Part shown: positions 18,452 to 28,716 of the stretch, in pieces | Layout of the letters: every line of letters starts with the position of its first letter | Numbering within the stretch: the first letter of the stretch is position 1 | Source of the DNA: Trueperaceae bacterium | GTDB lineage: Bacteria > Deinococcota > Deinococci > Deinococcales > Trueperaceae | Length of the DNA stretch: 64,000 bases | Direction: 5' to 3' | Assembly: GCA_965214405.1 (NCBI GenBank) | Contig: OZ243956.1 | Coordinates: 3,264,001 to 3,328,000 of the forward strand | Translations under genes and position numbers: made by a program | The notes under the pieces: model-generated | The model's input: the letters and a program-made list of their open reading frames with translations, nothing else | Databases searched by the model: none | Told to the model about the DNA's origin: nothing

Positions 18452-18847
18452 GTAAGGCTGCTGCTCGACACGCACGCCTTTATTTGGCTGGATAGCAACG
18501 CCGCAAAACTTCCCAACACTCTCGTTAGCCACCTCGGACAAGCCACAACAAGCAAGGTGCTGAGTACCGTCGTTCCTTGGGAAATGCGCATCAAAGCAAG
18601 TTTGGGAAAGCTCGAGCTACGAGACGACCTAAAGAAAATCGTCGATGAGCAGGTGCAGCGCAATCGCTTCAGCGTGCTCCCCGTCACCTTGGAGCACGTG
18701 TACGAACTTCGCCTTTTACCTCATCATCACGGTGACCCGTTTGACAGGTTGCTCATCGTACAAGCAAGGGTCGAGGGTTGTACTCTGGTCACCTCCGACC
18801 TTAAAATGCGTCTGTATGACGTGCCAGTCCTATGGGACAAGGCCTAG
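18452..18847 (+). CDS. vapC: PIN-domain (VapC-type) toxin lacking a canonical start codon (GTA at 18452)
   Basis: Frame reads VRLLLDTHAFIW...SxVxPWE..IK..LGKL...HHGDPFDRLLIVQA; the catalytic LDTH motif lies upstream of the called start at 18557. Confidence 0.8.
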   Translation, partial: VRLLLDTHAFIWLDSNAAKLPNTLVSHLGQATTSKVLSTVVPWEMRIKASLGKLELRDDLKKIVDEQVQRNRFSVLPVTLEHVYELRLLPHHHGDPFDRLLIVQARVEGCTLVTSDLKMRLYDVPVLWDKA

Positions 18848-18874
18848 CGGATAAAGTTTTGTTTCAGTCCAAGC

Positions 18875-20923
18875 CTAATCTGCGCCCGTCACCCGCCCCG
18901 GCCCTTCCTGATACTGCAACTCGTAAAGTTTACGGTAATACCCGTTTTGCTCCAAAAGCTCAAAGTGGTTGCCCTGCTCCGCGAGCTTGCCCTTACGCAT
19001 GACCATGATGCGGTCTACGTTCTGGATGGTCGAAAGCCTGTGCGCGATGATGATGCTCGTGCGGCCCTGCATAAGTTTCTCGAGCGCGTCCTGGATGAGT
19101 TCTTCGGTTTCGGTGTCCACGTTGGCGGTGGCCTCGTCTAAAACCAACAGGATGTCGGGGTTTTGCACCAGCGCCCTGGCAAAGGCGATGAGTTGCTTTT
19201 GTCCCGTCGAGAAGCCCGCGCCGCGCTCGCGCACGGGGGTGTCGTAACCCTCGGGTAAGCGAGAGATAAAGCCGTGCGCATTGACAAACTTGGCGGCCTC
19301 GATAACGCGCTCCAAAGGAATCGTGTCGTCGTTCAGCGTGATGTTGCTCCTCACCGTGCCGCTAAACAAAAAGGGGTCTTGCAACACGATACCCACGTGC
19401 CGCCGCAGCTCGACCTGGTCGTAGTCGCGCACGTTTTTACCGTCGATGCGAACCTCGCCACGCTGCACGTCGTAAAAGCGTGACACGAGCGAGATGATGG
19501 TCGTCTTGCCCGCGCCCGTGTGCCCCACAAAGGCGACCGACTCGCCGGGCTTGATGGTAAAGGTGAGGTCTCTCAACACCCAATCCTCATCTTGATAGGC
19601 GAACCACACGCCGTCAAAGGCGACCTCGCCGCGGAAGCTGCCAAACTCGAGCGGGTCCGGGCGATTGGTAATGCCCTCGGGCGTGTCCAGAAGTTCAAAA
19701 ATGCGCTCTGACGAGGCCATCGCGCCCTGGATGGTGTTGAAGCGGTCGCTGAGGTTTTGGATGGGCCGGAAGAACTGGCTCGAGTATTGCAAAAAGGCAA
19801 TGAGCACTCCGATGGTGACTGCCCCGCCCGCCCCCAGCCCAAAGATGCCCGTGCCGAGAATTTGCGTCGCGCCGTAGATGAGAATCAGCGCGGTCGAAAT
19901 CGCGCTCACAAACTGTACGGTCGGAAAGAAGAGGCTGAACCAGCGGATTTGCTCGACGTAGGCGTCTAAGAGAGACAGGTTGATTTTGTCAAAGGCCTGC
20001 TGATTGCGCGCCTCGCGGTTGAAAAGCTGCACCGTCGGCATCCCCGTGAGGTTCTCAGCGACGTAAGCGTTCGAGCGTGACAGGCGCACCCGCACCGCGC
20101 GGTAGGCGTCGCGGAGCCTACCGCGTAAAAAGTTGAGCGTAAGAAAAAGGGGCGGCATGATGGCGACCGTGATAAGCGCGAGCTGCCAGTTGATAAAAAA
20201 CATGTACACGGTGATGCCGATGAGGAGCCCTACGTCCGCGACCAGCCCCACCACCCCGTCGGTCACCATGCGCTCTATCGCCTCGATGTCCGAGGTGATG
20301 CGGGTGATGAGGCGGCCCACCGGGGTGCGGTCGAAAAAGCCCATGTGGAGCCCCTGGACTTTACGAAAAATTGCCCGCCGCAGGTCGTAAATCACGTACT
20401 GCCCGAGCCAGTTAACGAGGTAGATGTAGCCGTAGCGCAGCGCGAAGTTGATAAGGGTCAGGCCGACGTAAATAAGTACCACGGTGGTGAGGCCCTGAAG
20501 GCGCAGGGCGAGAGCCTCGGGGCTCATAAGCGCCTCTGAAGGTGCGCCGCCGGTTGTAAACGTGTAAAAGCTGCCTAGCGCGGGAGAGAGGAGGTCTCGC
20601 AACCAAACCGTTTGATCCGCTGCGGGTCGAATGTAGGTGTCGATAGCAAACTTGAGGAGAAAGGTAAGCGCCGGAACGATGGCGCTGTAAAGGAGCACCA
20701 GCACGGCGGCGGCGCTGACTTGCGCGGGGTAAGGGCGCAAGTACCCGAGCAGGCGCTTGGTGACGTCCCAGTCGAATGACTTCTTAAAAGCCTCGCCCTC
20801 TTCGTTGAGGTTGCCCTCCTCGCGGAGCTTTTGAACGCGGCTACGGCGATTTTTACGCGCCTCGCGTTTAGCCTCCTCGACGCTATAAGGTCTGCTGTAT
20901 GCTTCTCCCGACTCAGGCGGCAT
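18875..20923 (-). CDS. Multidrug ABC exporter, fused permease/ATPase (MdlB-like)
   Basis: TM domain, GHTGAGKTT, FSTGQKQL, LDEATANVD, IAHRLST. Confidence 0.93.
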   Translation of the reverse strand: MPPESGEAYSRPYSVEEAKREARKNRRSRVQKLREEGNLNEEGEAFKKSFDWDVTKRLLGYLRPYPAQVSAAAVLVLLYSAIVPALTFLLKFAIDTYIRPAADQTVWLRDLLSPALGSFYTFTTGGAPSEALMSPEALALRLQGLTTVVLIYVGLTLINFALRYGYIYLVNWLGQYVIYDLRRAIFRKVQGLHMGFFDRTPVGRLITRITSDIEAIERMVTDGVVGLVADVGLLIGITVYMFFINWQLALITVAIMPPLFLTLNFLRGRLRDAYRAVRVRLSRSNAYVAENLTGMPTVQLFNREARNQQAFDKINLSLLDAYVEQIRWFSLFFPTVQFVSAISTALILIYGATQILGTGIFGLGAGGAVTIGVLIAFLQYSSQFFRPIQNLSDRFNTIQGAMASSERIFELLDTPEGITNRPDPLEFGSFRGEVAFDGVWFAYQDEDWVLRDLTFTIKPGESVAFVGHTGAGKTTIISLVSRFYDVQRGEVRIDGKNVRDYDQVELRRHVGIVLQDPFLFSGTVRSNITLNDDTIPLERVIEAAKFVNAHGFISRLPEGYDTPVRERGAGFSTGQKQLIAFARALVQNPDILLVLDEATANVDTETEELIQDALEKLMQGRTSIIIAHRLSTIQNVDRIMVMRKGKLAEQGNHFELLEQNGYYRKLYELQYQEGPGRVTGAD

Positions 20924-22727
20924 CTAACGACTCCTCCAACTGCTGACGCCGGTTGATGTCAGCGTACCAGCCGTCCACCGCGATGAGGTCGTCGTGGTCG
21001 CCCTCCTCGATAATCCGGCCGTTTTCCAAAACCAAGATACGGTCCACGTCGCTAAAGGCCGAGACGCGGTGCGCCACGATGAGCGTCGTGCGGTCCTCGG
21101 CGACCTCGCGCAGGCCTTCTAAAATGCGCGCTTCGGTTTGCGTGTCTACGGCTGAAAGCGCGTCGTCCAGAATAAGAATCTCGGGGTCGCGGATGATGGC
21201 CCGCGCCATCGCGGTGCGCTGGCGCTGCCCGCCCGACAGGGTCACGCCGCGCTCGCCCAGCGAGGTGTCGTAGCCCTCGGGAAAGTCCTCGACGTCGCCG
21301 GAGAGTTGCACGAGGTCGGCGACGCGCTTGACTTTGGCTTGAATCCGCTCCGGGTCGTCCTCCGGAATGCCGTAGGCGATATTTTCGGCGATGGTGTCCG
21401 AAAAAAGAAAAGGCTCCTGGGGCACCAGCCCGATGCTGCCGCGCAGGACCGACAGCGGATACTTGCGGATGTCCACGCCGTCAATTAAGACGGTGCCCTC
21501 GGTGGGCTCGACGAGGCGGGTAACGAGGTTCACAATCATCGTCTTGCCCGAGCCCGTGCGCCCGGTGATGCCGATTTTCTCGCCCGCGCGAACCCGGAAT
21601 GAGACGTTGTCGAGCGCGGTAAAATCGTCAAACTTCAACGTCACGTTCTTAAATTCAATGTCGCCCCGCACCGTCGTCAGGCTGTGGTCGGTCATCTCGT
21701 TGTCGATGATGCTGGGCGTCTCGTTGAAAATCTCCTTGAGGCGGTCCCAAGAGCCGTAGCCGCGCTGGGTGATGTTGGCGATCCAGCCAAAAGCCAGCAT
21801 CGGCCACTGGATGAGTTGAAAAAGAAGCACGAACGCGACGAACTCGCCGATGGTGAGGCTGCTGGAACCGCTCAACACGAAGCGACCGCCGATCAGCAGC
21901 AAGAGCGAGATGCCCACGCCGAAAAGAAGCTCCATGAGCGGGAAGAGCGGGCCGTCCACCTTGGTCAAGGACATGTTGCGGCGGATAAACTCGTTGTTGA
22001 GCCCTTCAAAGGTCGCCATCTCGCGGTTCTCGATGCCGAAGCCCTTGACCACCCGGATACCTGAAAAGTTCTCTTGCGCCATCGCCGAAAAGGACGAGAA
22101 CTGTTCCTGGACGCTCGAGTACCGCTTATACACGAGCCGCAGAAGCACAAAAAAGCTGGCGGTAATAATGGGCACCATCAGCAGCGTGAGCAGCGTGAGC
22201 TGGACGTTGAGCAAAAACATCTGCACGAGCGCGAACCCAAGTGTAAGCAGCGTGTTTGTGCCTTGAAACACACCCACGCCGATAAACTGCCGCACGGCGC
22301 TCAAATCCGCAGTGAGCCGCGTCATGAGGTCGCCGCCGCGGTGGTTGTCGTAATAGTCCGCGCCGAGTTTGGTGAAGTGCTCGAAGAGGTCGTGCCGCAT
22401 GTCGAATTGGATTTCCCAACTCGCGTCGAGCATGGTGCGGCGCACGATAATCATGCTCCCCGCGCTCACGCCGATGATGGCGACGAGGCCCAGCACGTAC
22501 CACCAGAGGCTGACGGGCGTGCCGATGTCGGCTTGAAAGATAGACAGGGGCCGCCCGAGCCACCGCATCGTCATGACGCCGTTGGTAAACGCGTCAAACG
22601 CGCTGCCCGTAATTCTCGGAACGAGGGTAGCGGTAAAGCTCGTGAGCACGAGCATCGCCATGCCGGTCAGGAACTGTTTGGGGTAGCGCCTAATGTAAGC
22701 GTAGAGTTCGCGGGTGTTTTGAAGCAC
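20913..22727 (-). CDS. Multidrug ABC exporter, fused permease/ATPase (MdlA-like)
   Basis: GRTGSGKT, LSGGQRQR, ILDDALSAVD (degenerate Walker B typical of heterodimeric exporters). Confidence 0.93.
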   Translation of the reverse strand: MLQNTRELYAYIRRYPKQFLTGMAMLVLTSFTATLVPRITGSAFDAFTNGVMTMRWLGRPLSIFQADIGTPVSLWWYVLGLVAIIGVSAGSMIIVRRTMLDASWEIQFDMRHDLFEHFTKLGADYYDNHRGGDLMTRLTADLSAVRQFIGVGVFQGTNTLLTLGFALVQMFLLNVQLTLLTLLMVPIITASFFVLLRLVYKRYSSVQEQFSSFSAMAQENFSGIRVVKGFGIENREMATFEGLNNEFIRRNMSLTKVDGPLFPLMELLFGVGISLLLLIGGRFVLSGSSSLTIGEFVAFVLLFQLIQWPMLAFGWIANITQRGYGSWDRLKEIFNETPSIIDNEMTDHSLTTVRGDIEFKNVTLKFDDFTALDNVSFRVRAGEKIGITGRTGSGKTMIVNLVTRLVEPTEGTVLIDGVDIRKYPLSVLRGSIGLVPQEPFLFSDTIAENIAYGIPEDDPERIQAKVKRVADLVQLSGDVEDFPEGYDTSLGERGVTLSGGQRQRTAMARAIIRDPEILILDDALSAVDTQTEARILEGLREVAEDRTTLIVAHRVSAFSDVDRILVLENGRIIEEGDHDDLIAVDGWYADINRRQQLEESLDAA

Positions 22728-23043
22728 GGTTCCTCCAACTGAAGCAAACGCGATGCTATCACGGTCGCAGGAGCGACAAAGGCCGGTTGGCTACACCTTG
22801 GTGGTGGTGTGTTGCGGTTGTTTACGGGTGTCTTCTTGCTGCTTACGATAGTTTTTTTGAAATAGGTTTTGCAGTAGTTTATGAGAGCCCTGTTTGTTTG
22901 CGGATGTTGTTTCGCCTTGCCCTGATTGCCTCGACGCTTTCCGGCGGTTCGCGGTCCCTCTCAGGTCTTACGTGAGAGGCGGGTAGAGATGAGGTGAGAC
23001 CGCGCAGACCGAGAAGCTTAGCACGCGCTTTTGCCGAGGTCAA

Positions 23044-24819
23044 CTATGGATTGGTCTGGACTCGAGCGTACTCGATGTTGTTCAGGTAGAGCACAAAGGT
23101 GATGGGGCCGTATTCGGTGGTGAGCCAGGTGTTTTCAAGCGTTTCCCCCCCGGAAACGCGCGCGCCCCCGACCACCTCCCTCTTGCCGCTCACATAATGC
23201 GCCTCGACGCGGGCGGTTGCAGTGGGCACGTTGGCCTCGATGGGGAAGCGGTACGCCGCCCGGCGCAGCTCGAGCGCCCGCCTCTCCACTTGCACGTCGG
23301 GCCGGAAAAGTCCGGGCTGATTGAGCGTCAGCTCGAGCGCGCCACCGGTTAGCGGCGCGTCTGGCGCGGGCGTCTGGCTCACCACGCCTTTGGGCAAATT
23401 CACCTCGTCGATGAGGGTAAAGCCAAGGGAAGCTCTGGGAGTTTCCTGCGCCGTTTTTTCGGCGTTGGCCCGCGTCATCCCGATGAGGTCGGGGGCGCGG
23501 GGGGCGTTTGTGCCTGCGTCGGGAGCGCCTGCAACGAGGAGTCTCAAGGTCGCGGTCTCGAGCGGCGTCTCTAAGTAGGGCGTGAGGTTTTGACCCAGCA
23601 CGGTGCCGGGGGGGGCTTCCGTCCCGCCTTCTAACCCATCTTCTAACCAAGTCCTTTCAATGCGGTCTTCGCTAAAACCTGCGGCGCGCGCGAGGGTGAG
23701 GGCTTCTGTAAGGGGCTCCCCCCGCAGGTCGGGCACGAAGGTCGTCTCGCCCTGGGGACCCTCGCTCACGAGGAGCGACAGGGCGCTTCCTGCCGGGGCG
23801 CTGCCGGGGGGCAGCGACTGCGCGACGATAAGCCCCCGCGCTTCCGCGCCCGGCACGTGCGCCACGCGATCAAAGGTAAGCCCCGCGGCCTCGAGCGACG
23901 CGCGCAGCGAGCCCTCAAAAGGTCGGCCGCGCAAATCCGGCACCTCCACCTGAGGCCGTTGTCCCGGCGGCAGGGCGTAACGGAGGCGGGCGGTGCGGCC
24001 CCTGCGAAGCCGCGCTCCGGGAGGGGGCTCTACATCCACAACGGTGCCCGCTGAGGCGTTTGCCGCCTTCGCTCCTCCTGTCACGCCGTCCAATCCCTGC
24101 GTCACGCTCTCCTCTACGCTCGAGCCAACCGGCTCGCTTTCAACTGTTAAACCCTGAGCGTAGAGGAGAGCGGCGGCGGCGTTGACGTCGGTGCCCAGCA
24201 CATCCGGCATGACCACCACACGTGTGTTGGTGCGTAGACTCAGGCTTGCGACGAGCAAGAGGAGCCCGAGACCGGTAAACACGAGGCCGGGCACCCACGG
24301 GAGCAGCCAGCGGGGCGGGTGAACACCACCCGCCTTCGAGGCTTCTGCCCAAGTCGACATGGGTGAGCGCCACCAGGGCTGTGGTGCGGTCGGCGCCACG
24401 GGCGCGCGATAGGCGGGCGTTTCCGCAGAAGCGCCTTCAAAAGCGAGGCTGTATAGTCTGGGTCTGTCCCCTTCGTTAACGAGTTCCGCGTCTCCCAGGG
24501 TATAGCCGTGGGGCTCGAGCAGCGCGCGAACGGCTGCGCGCTCCCTGTCGCCCGGCGGACGCGCGTCCGCCGGGGGCGTCTGCCAGGCGACGTAGTGCGC
24601 GCCCGGTCTCGAGACGAGGTCGTAAATGGCCGCGTATCCCTCGCGCCGGAGTGTGCGCAACAGCTTACGGTAGCGTTCGAAAGGCGCTTCTTGATGGGGC
24701 TCGAGCTCGAACCACACCACCCGCACCGCCGCCCCGTCTGGCGCGGTGGCCTCAAAAAGCGTCCGCTGCGCGTCCAGCGGACGCTGCGCCATCACCTCGT
24801 AGGTGCCGTCGAGTAACAC
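23044..24819 (-). CDS. PASTA-domain membrane protein with degenerate kinase-like N-terminus
   Basis: Four PD(V/L)xG PASTA starts (MPDVLG, VPDLRG x2, APDLIG) after one TM helix; N-terminus LLDGTYEV...AIYD resembles a kinase N-lobe without HRD/DFG. Confidence 0.8.
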   Translation of the reverse strand: MLLDGTYEVMAQRPLDAQRTLFEATAPDGAAVRVVWFELEPHQEAPFERYRKLLRTLRREGYAAIYDLVSRPGAHYVAWQTPPADARPPGDRERAAVRALLEPHGYTLGDAELVNEGDRPRLYSLAFEGASAETPAYRAPVAPTAPQPWWRSPMSTWAEASKAGGVHPPRWLLPWVPGLVFTGLGLLLLVASLSLRTNTRVVVMPDVLGTDVNAAAALLYAQGLTVESEPVGSSVEESVTQGLDGVTGGAKAANASAGTVVDVEPPPGARLRRGRTARLRYALPPGQRPQVEVPDLRGRPFEGSLRASLEAAGLTFDRVAHVPGAEARGLIVAQSLPPGSAPAGSALSLLVSEGPQGETTFVPDLRGEPLTEALTLARAAGFSEDRIERTWLEDGLEGGTEAPPGTVLGQNLTPYLETPLETATLRLLVAGAPDAGTNAPRAPDLIGMTRANAEKTAQETPRASLGFTLIDEVNLPKGVVSQTPAPDAPLTGGALELTLNQPGLFRPDVQVERRALELRRAAYRFPIEANVPTATARVEAHYVSGKREVVGGARVSGGETLENTWLTTEYGPITFVLYLNNIEYARVQTNP

Positions 24820-24911
24820 CTGCTACCGGGTTTGCCCGTGGTCAAGTTTGGTCACATCATTAGTTTAAGATACAAGCTTACGTGAGATGTTTCAAACAGT
24901 ACACGCCTGAC

Positions 24912-25074
24912 CAGGCTTTTATCATGAGCATCATAAAGAAGCTATAGCACGCGTTTCTGCTTTTCTAAAGACGAACGTACCGGGTACCGGGTTCAGAGTG
25001 TTCATCCGGTACTTTCCACTCGGCACTCGGTACTCACGTCTCTGAACGCTCCCGAAGAGACGTGATAAAGCCTG
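24912..25074. mobile_element. MITE copy 1 (163 bp)
   Basis: TIRs CAGGCTTTTATCA / TGATAAAGCCTG; flanks ACGCCTGAC / ATGCCTGAC (9-bp duplication, 1 mismatch); clearly homologous to 34716-34876. Confidence 0.85.
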
Positions 25075-25188
25075 ATGCCTGACGCCCTACATACGGACGC
25101 TCTACCCAAATAGGCGGGGGCGCTGAAACGTTCTTTTCGTCTGCTTTCGTCTGCGCGTGACTTTCGCCCGTAGCCACGCTTCGTCCCG

Positions 25189-25920
25189 CTAGCCCTGCGC
25201 CTGGATGTGCGCCGTCTCCCGGTGCTCCGCCGTTTTCTCGAGCCCGCGCAGCCACGACAAATCAAGAATGCTAAAGACCACTTTCGAAAAAAACGGGAGC
25301 ACAACGAACAGTAGCGTGTCCGTTGTCTGGTTGAGCAGTCCTAATCCGGACGGACCCAGAAGCCATACCGTAGGGTAGCCGAGCCACAGCACGCTCAGGT
25401 AGAGAGCAAGTTTGCTGTAGATACCCGACAAACGCGCGCCTTGTCCGGCGGCGACGCGGCGCAACGGACCCCAGATCACCCACAAAACCACGACCAGCGC
25501 GGCGCAGCCAAGCAGGTACCAGGTAAACCGGACGGTAGGTCTCGTTGAAAGGTCGGCAACCAGTCCACAGAGGATCATCACCACGTCCGCGCCGACGAGC
25601 CCGGCCAGCAGGGTAACGCGTCGCTCGCTCTTGGGAATATAAAACATCGCGGTTAGGCCCAGAGCCAAAAGGAGAAGCGGCGTCGTGACCGCCCAGTCGA
25701 TATAGCGCGCGTAATGCGTTGTTTGCCCGGCAACGGCGAGTTTGCCCTGACCAAACGCCATCGCCGTATAGGCCAACCCCGACCAGACGGGTATAAACAT
25801 GGCGATGATGTACTCGTAGCGCGGCACGCCCCTCGGTTCACGGCTCCAAAACCAAAAGAGCAGCACGCCCGCTCCCATACCTGCAACATAAAGCCAGTGC
25901 AGTAAACTCTGTGTGTCCAT
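25189..25920 (-). CDS. Microbial rhodopsin, xenorhodopsin type
   Basis: Seven TM helices; helix C RYIDWAVTTPLLLLA (DTA motif); helix G LPFFSKVVFSILD with retinal Lys, Pro at the BR D212 position and Asp at K+7. Confidence 0.92.
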   Translation of the reverse strand: MDTQSLLHWLYVAGMGAGVLLFWFWSREPRGVPRYEYIIAMFIPVWSGLAYTAMAFGQGKLAVAGQTTHYARYIDWAVTTPLLLLALGLTAMFYIPKSERRVTLLAGLVGADVVMILCGLVADLSTRPTVRFTWYLLGCAALVVVLWVIWGPLRRVAAGQGARLSGIYSKLALYLSVLWLGYPTVWLLGPSGLGLLNQTTDTLLFVVLPFFSKVVFSILDLSWLRGLEKTAEHRETAHIQAQG

Positions 25921-26203
25921 CTCGAGACCCCCTAGCCGCTGAGTTGCTTTGAGCAACGATGCGTTTATAAAACATTTCTAACAGCGTGGAGCGTAGCATG
26001 ATGCTGCGCCTAAAAAACCGGTTTGTGCTACCCAGTCGCCTTATTCGTCGTTACTTGCCATCCTAATTTACTCTGGCCAATCCTCTGTAGCAACCCCTCA
26101 ATCCCCTCGGCGGTATACCAAAAACACGTTCATGCAGGGCGGTCAATCTATCTTACGCGCGCTCGCAAGCCGCTCTCGGCAGCGTTTATGTGCCTCTGCA
26201 ATG

Positions 26204-26230
26204 AAAAAAGCGCGGACTGAGCCGCGCTTT
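26204..26230 (-). terminator. Intrinsic terminator after ftsH
   Basis: AAAAAAGCGCGG-actgag-CCGCGCTTT: hairpin followed by a U-tract on the minus strand. Confidence 0.75.
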
Positions 26231-26250
26231 ACTTGCTCCTTATGGAGTCT

Positions 26251-28248
26251 TTAGCTACCCGACCCCTCGGGTGTAGGCCGCGGGTCGATGGGCGGGGTGG
26301 GGCGTCCCGAATCGCTCACGCGGCGGCGGGGGGTTTCGGGTTCGGGCGCGCGCCGCGCGGCCTCCTCGAGCCGTTTTTCGGCGGCGTCGGCCTCACCCAG
26401 GATCCAGCGGGTAAGCTCTTCGGCGCTCGCGCCGTTTTGGGACCTCTCAAACGCCTCCTGGATGAGCGTGCCGTCCAGCGTCTCGCGCTGTAAAAGCGCT
26501 TCGGCCACGCCCACGACCGCGGTCCAGTTCTCGTCCATCACCCGCTCGGTGGTTTCGTACGCGCTTTTGAGGATGCTTTGGACCTGCTCTTCTAGCTCTC
26601 GAGCGGTTTCTTCCGAGAAGTCTTTGCGGCGGCTTATCTCGCCGCCCAAAAAGACTGGGCCTTGGTCGGAGCCCCACGCCACGTACTCCTCGCCGCCCAT
26701 GCCTAAGTCGAACACCATCTGCTTGGCGATGTCGGTCGCCTGCTTGAGGTCGTTCGATGCGCCCGACGAGATGGTGCCGGTGAGCTTTTTCTCCGCGGCC
26801 CGCCCGCCAAAGGCGACCACGAGCTGTTGCTTAAAGCGGTCCACGTCGAAAAACATCTCTTCTTTGGCTAAGGGAGCCATAAAGCCGCCCGCGCCGCCAC
26901 GCGGCATGATGGTCACCTTGCGGATGTGACCCAAATCGGGCTGCGACGCGAAGGCGACCGCGTGACCTGACTCGTGAAAGGCCAGAATGCGCCGCTCTTT
27001 CTCGCTCGGCACCAACGACGAGCGCCGCAACCCCAGCACGATGCGGTCTAACGCGTCGTTAAAGTCGGCCCAGGAAATGATCTGCTTGCCGCCCCGCGCC
27101 GCCACAAGCGCCGCCTCGTTGGTGAGGTTTTCTAGGTCGGCCCCCGAGAACATCGGCGTGGCACCGGCGAGACGCCCTAAGTTGACATCGTTGGCGACGG
27201 GCTTGTTGCGCACGTGGACGCGCAAGATGTCCTCGCGCTCGCTCTGCGTGGGCAAGCCGATCGTCACTTGCCGGTCGAAGCGACCGGGGCGCAAGAGCGC
27301 CGGGTCTAGGATGTCCGGGCGGTTCGTCGCGGCGATGATGATGACCGAGGTGTCTTTTTCAAAGCCGTCCATCTCGCTCAAGATCTGGTTGAGCGTCTGC
27401 TCGCGCTCGTCGTGCCCGCCGCCGATACCCGCGCCGCGCCGCCGCCCGATGGAGTCGAGCTCGTCAATAAAGATGATGGCGGGCGCTGTTTTGCGCGCCT
27501 CTTCAAACAGGTTGCGAACCCTCGAGGCCCCCACGCCCACAAACATCTCCATAAACTCGGACGCGCTCACGGTCAAAAAGGGCACGCCCGCCTCGCCCGC
27601 GACCGCGCGCGCCAAGAGCGTTTTACCCGTGCCGGGAGGCCCCACCAGGAGCACGCCCTTGGGGATTTCCGCGCCGATGCGCAGGTACTTCTGCGGGCTC
27701 TTTAAGAAGTCGACCACTTCGATAAGTTCTTCTTTGGCCTCTTTGTGACCCGCCACGTCCTCAAAACTCGTTTTGACCTTGTTCTCGCGCCCGTAGGTTT
27801 TGGCCTTGGACTGGCCGAACTGCATCACCTGGCTCGGGCCGCCTTGAGCGCGCATAAAGATAAACCAGAAAAAGCCGATAAGGATAATGATGGGCAAGAA
27901 CGAAATGGCGAAGTCGAGCCACCTCGAGGGATTACGAACCGCCACGTCCGGCACGTCCGTTTCGAGGCGCTCGATGAGCGAGTCCGTGATGACCGCCGTG
28001 GTCGTAAAGTTCCTGATGGGTTGCAGCTCGCCGTCCACCGCGACCTGGGTTTCCGCGGTGAGCTCGCCCGAAATCGCGCCGCTCGAGCGCTCGAGCACCG
28101 CCGACGCCACCTTGCCCTCGTCGACGAGTTTGACAAAGGTCGAGTAGTCGATATCTCGACTCGGCGCGCCGAACCTGAACTGGTTGAAAACGAAAATGCC
28201 CAACACGATGAGCATCACGAGTAACCAGGGATTGAATGATCGTTTCAA
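26251..28248 (-). CDS. ftsH: ATP-dependent zinc metalloprotease FtsH
   Basis: Two TMs, [34 protein letters not shown] start at 28248 after AAGGAGG. Confidence 0.97.
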   Translation of the reverse strand: MKRSFNPWLLVMLIVLGIFVFNQFRFGAPSRDIDYSTFVKLVDEGKVASAVLERSSGAISGELTAETQVAVDGELQPIRNFTTTAVITDSLIERLETDVPDVAVRNPSRWLDFAISFLPIIILIGFFWFIFMRAQGGPSQVMQFGQSKAKTYGRENKVKTSFEDVAGHKEAKEELIEVVDFLKSPQKYLRIGAEIPKGVLLVGPPGTGKTLLARAVAGEAGVPFLTVSASEFMEMFVGVGASRVRNLFEEARKTAPAIIFIDELDSIGRRRGAGIGGGHDEREQTLNQILSEMDGFEKDTSVIIIAATNRPDILDPALLRPGRFDRQVTIGLPTQSEREDILRVHVRNKPVANDVNLGRLAGATPMFSGADLENLTNEAALVAARGGKQIISWADFNDALDRIVLGLRRSSLVPSEKERRILAFHESGHAVAFASQPDLGHIRKVTIMPRGGAGGFMAPLAKEEMFFDVDRFKQQLVVAFGGRAAEKKLTGTISSGASNDLKQATDIAKQMVFDLGMGGEEYVAWGSDQGPVFLGGEISRRKDFSEETARELEEQVQSILKSAYETTERVMDENWTAVVGVAEALLQRETLDGTLIQEAFERSQNGASAEELTRWILGEADAAEKRLEEAARRAPEPETPRRRVSDSGRPTPPIDPRPTPEGSGS

Positions 28249-28716
28249 CAGAGCCTCCTTGCGGCGTTCTCGCCGCACGCTGTGCTGCCCTTACGCCGTC
28301 AAACGAAGCAGCTAAGAGCCTTGAGTAACGCACATAGTAGCATTTTCAAAAGAACGCACGCTGTAAGCTAACGGACCAAACCTCGCACCTGAACCGGCGC
28401 GCTGGGGGGTGATGAAGATGACGGGTGCGCGGAGGGGCTCGAGCCCCTCCCACTCGCACACCTTAGCTTTTGCAAATCCTCGTTTTGCGGATGTTCCCGT
28501 CGGTGATGAATGAGTGACGTCCCTGTTGATGATGAATGAGTTATGAACACCAAATTCAGATACCAAAGTCATGGGCGTCAATTTACGAGTGTCGGTAGCG
28601 ACCTTCCGCGGGAGGTGTAAGGAGGTAGCAGCGCTGACGTCTTCCAGATCTTCATTCTTTGTAGATTCTTTGTGGGCGAGAGCACTCAACCGCCTCTTAT
28701 GGGTTAAGATGCTCTT

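Noticed and set aside
25189..25920. Bacteriorhodopsin/proteorhodopsin outward pump
   Set aside because: Lacks the D96/E donor (Ala) and the D212 counterion (Pro).
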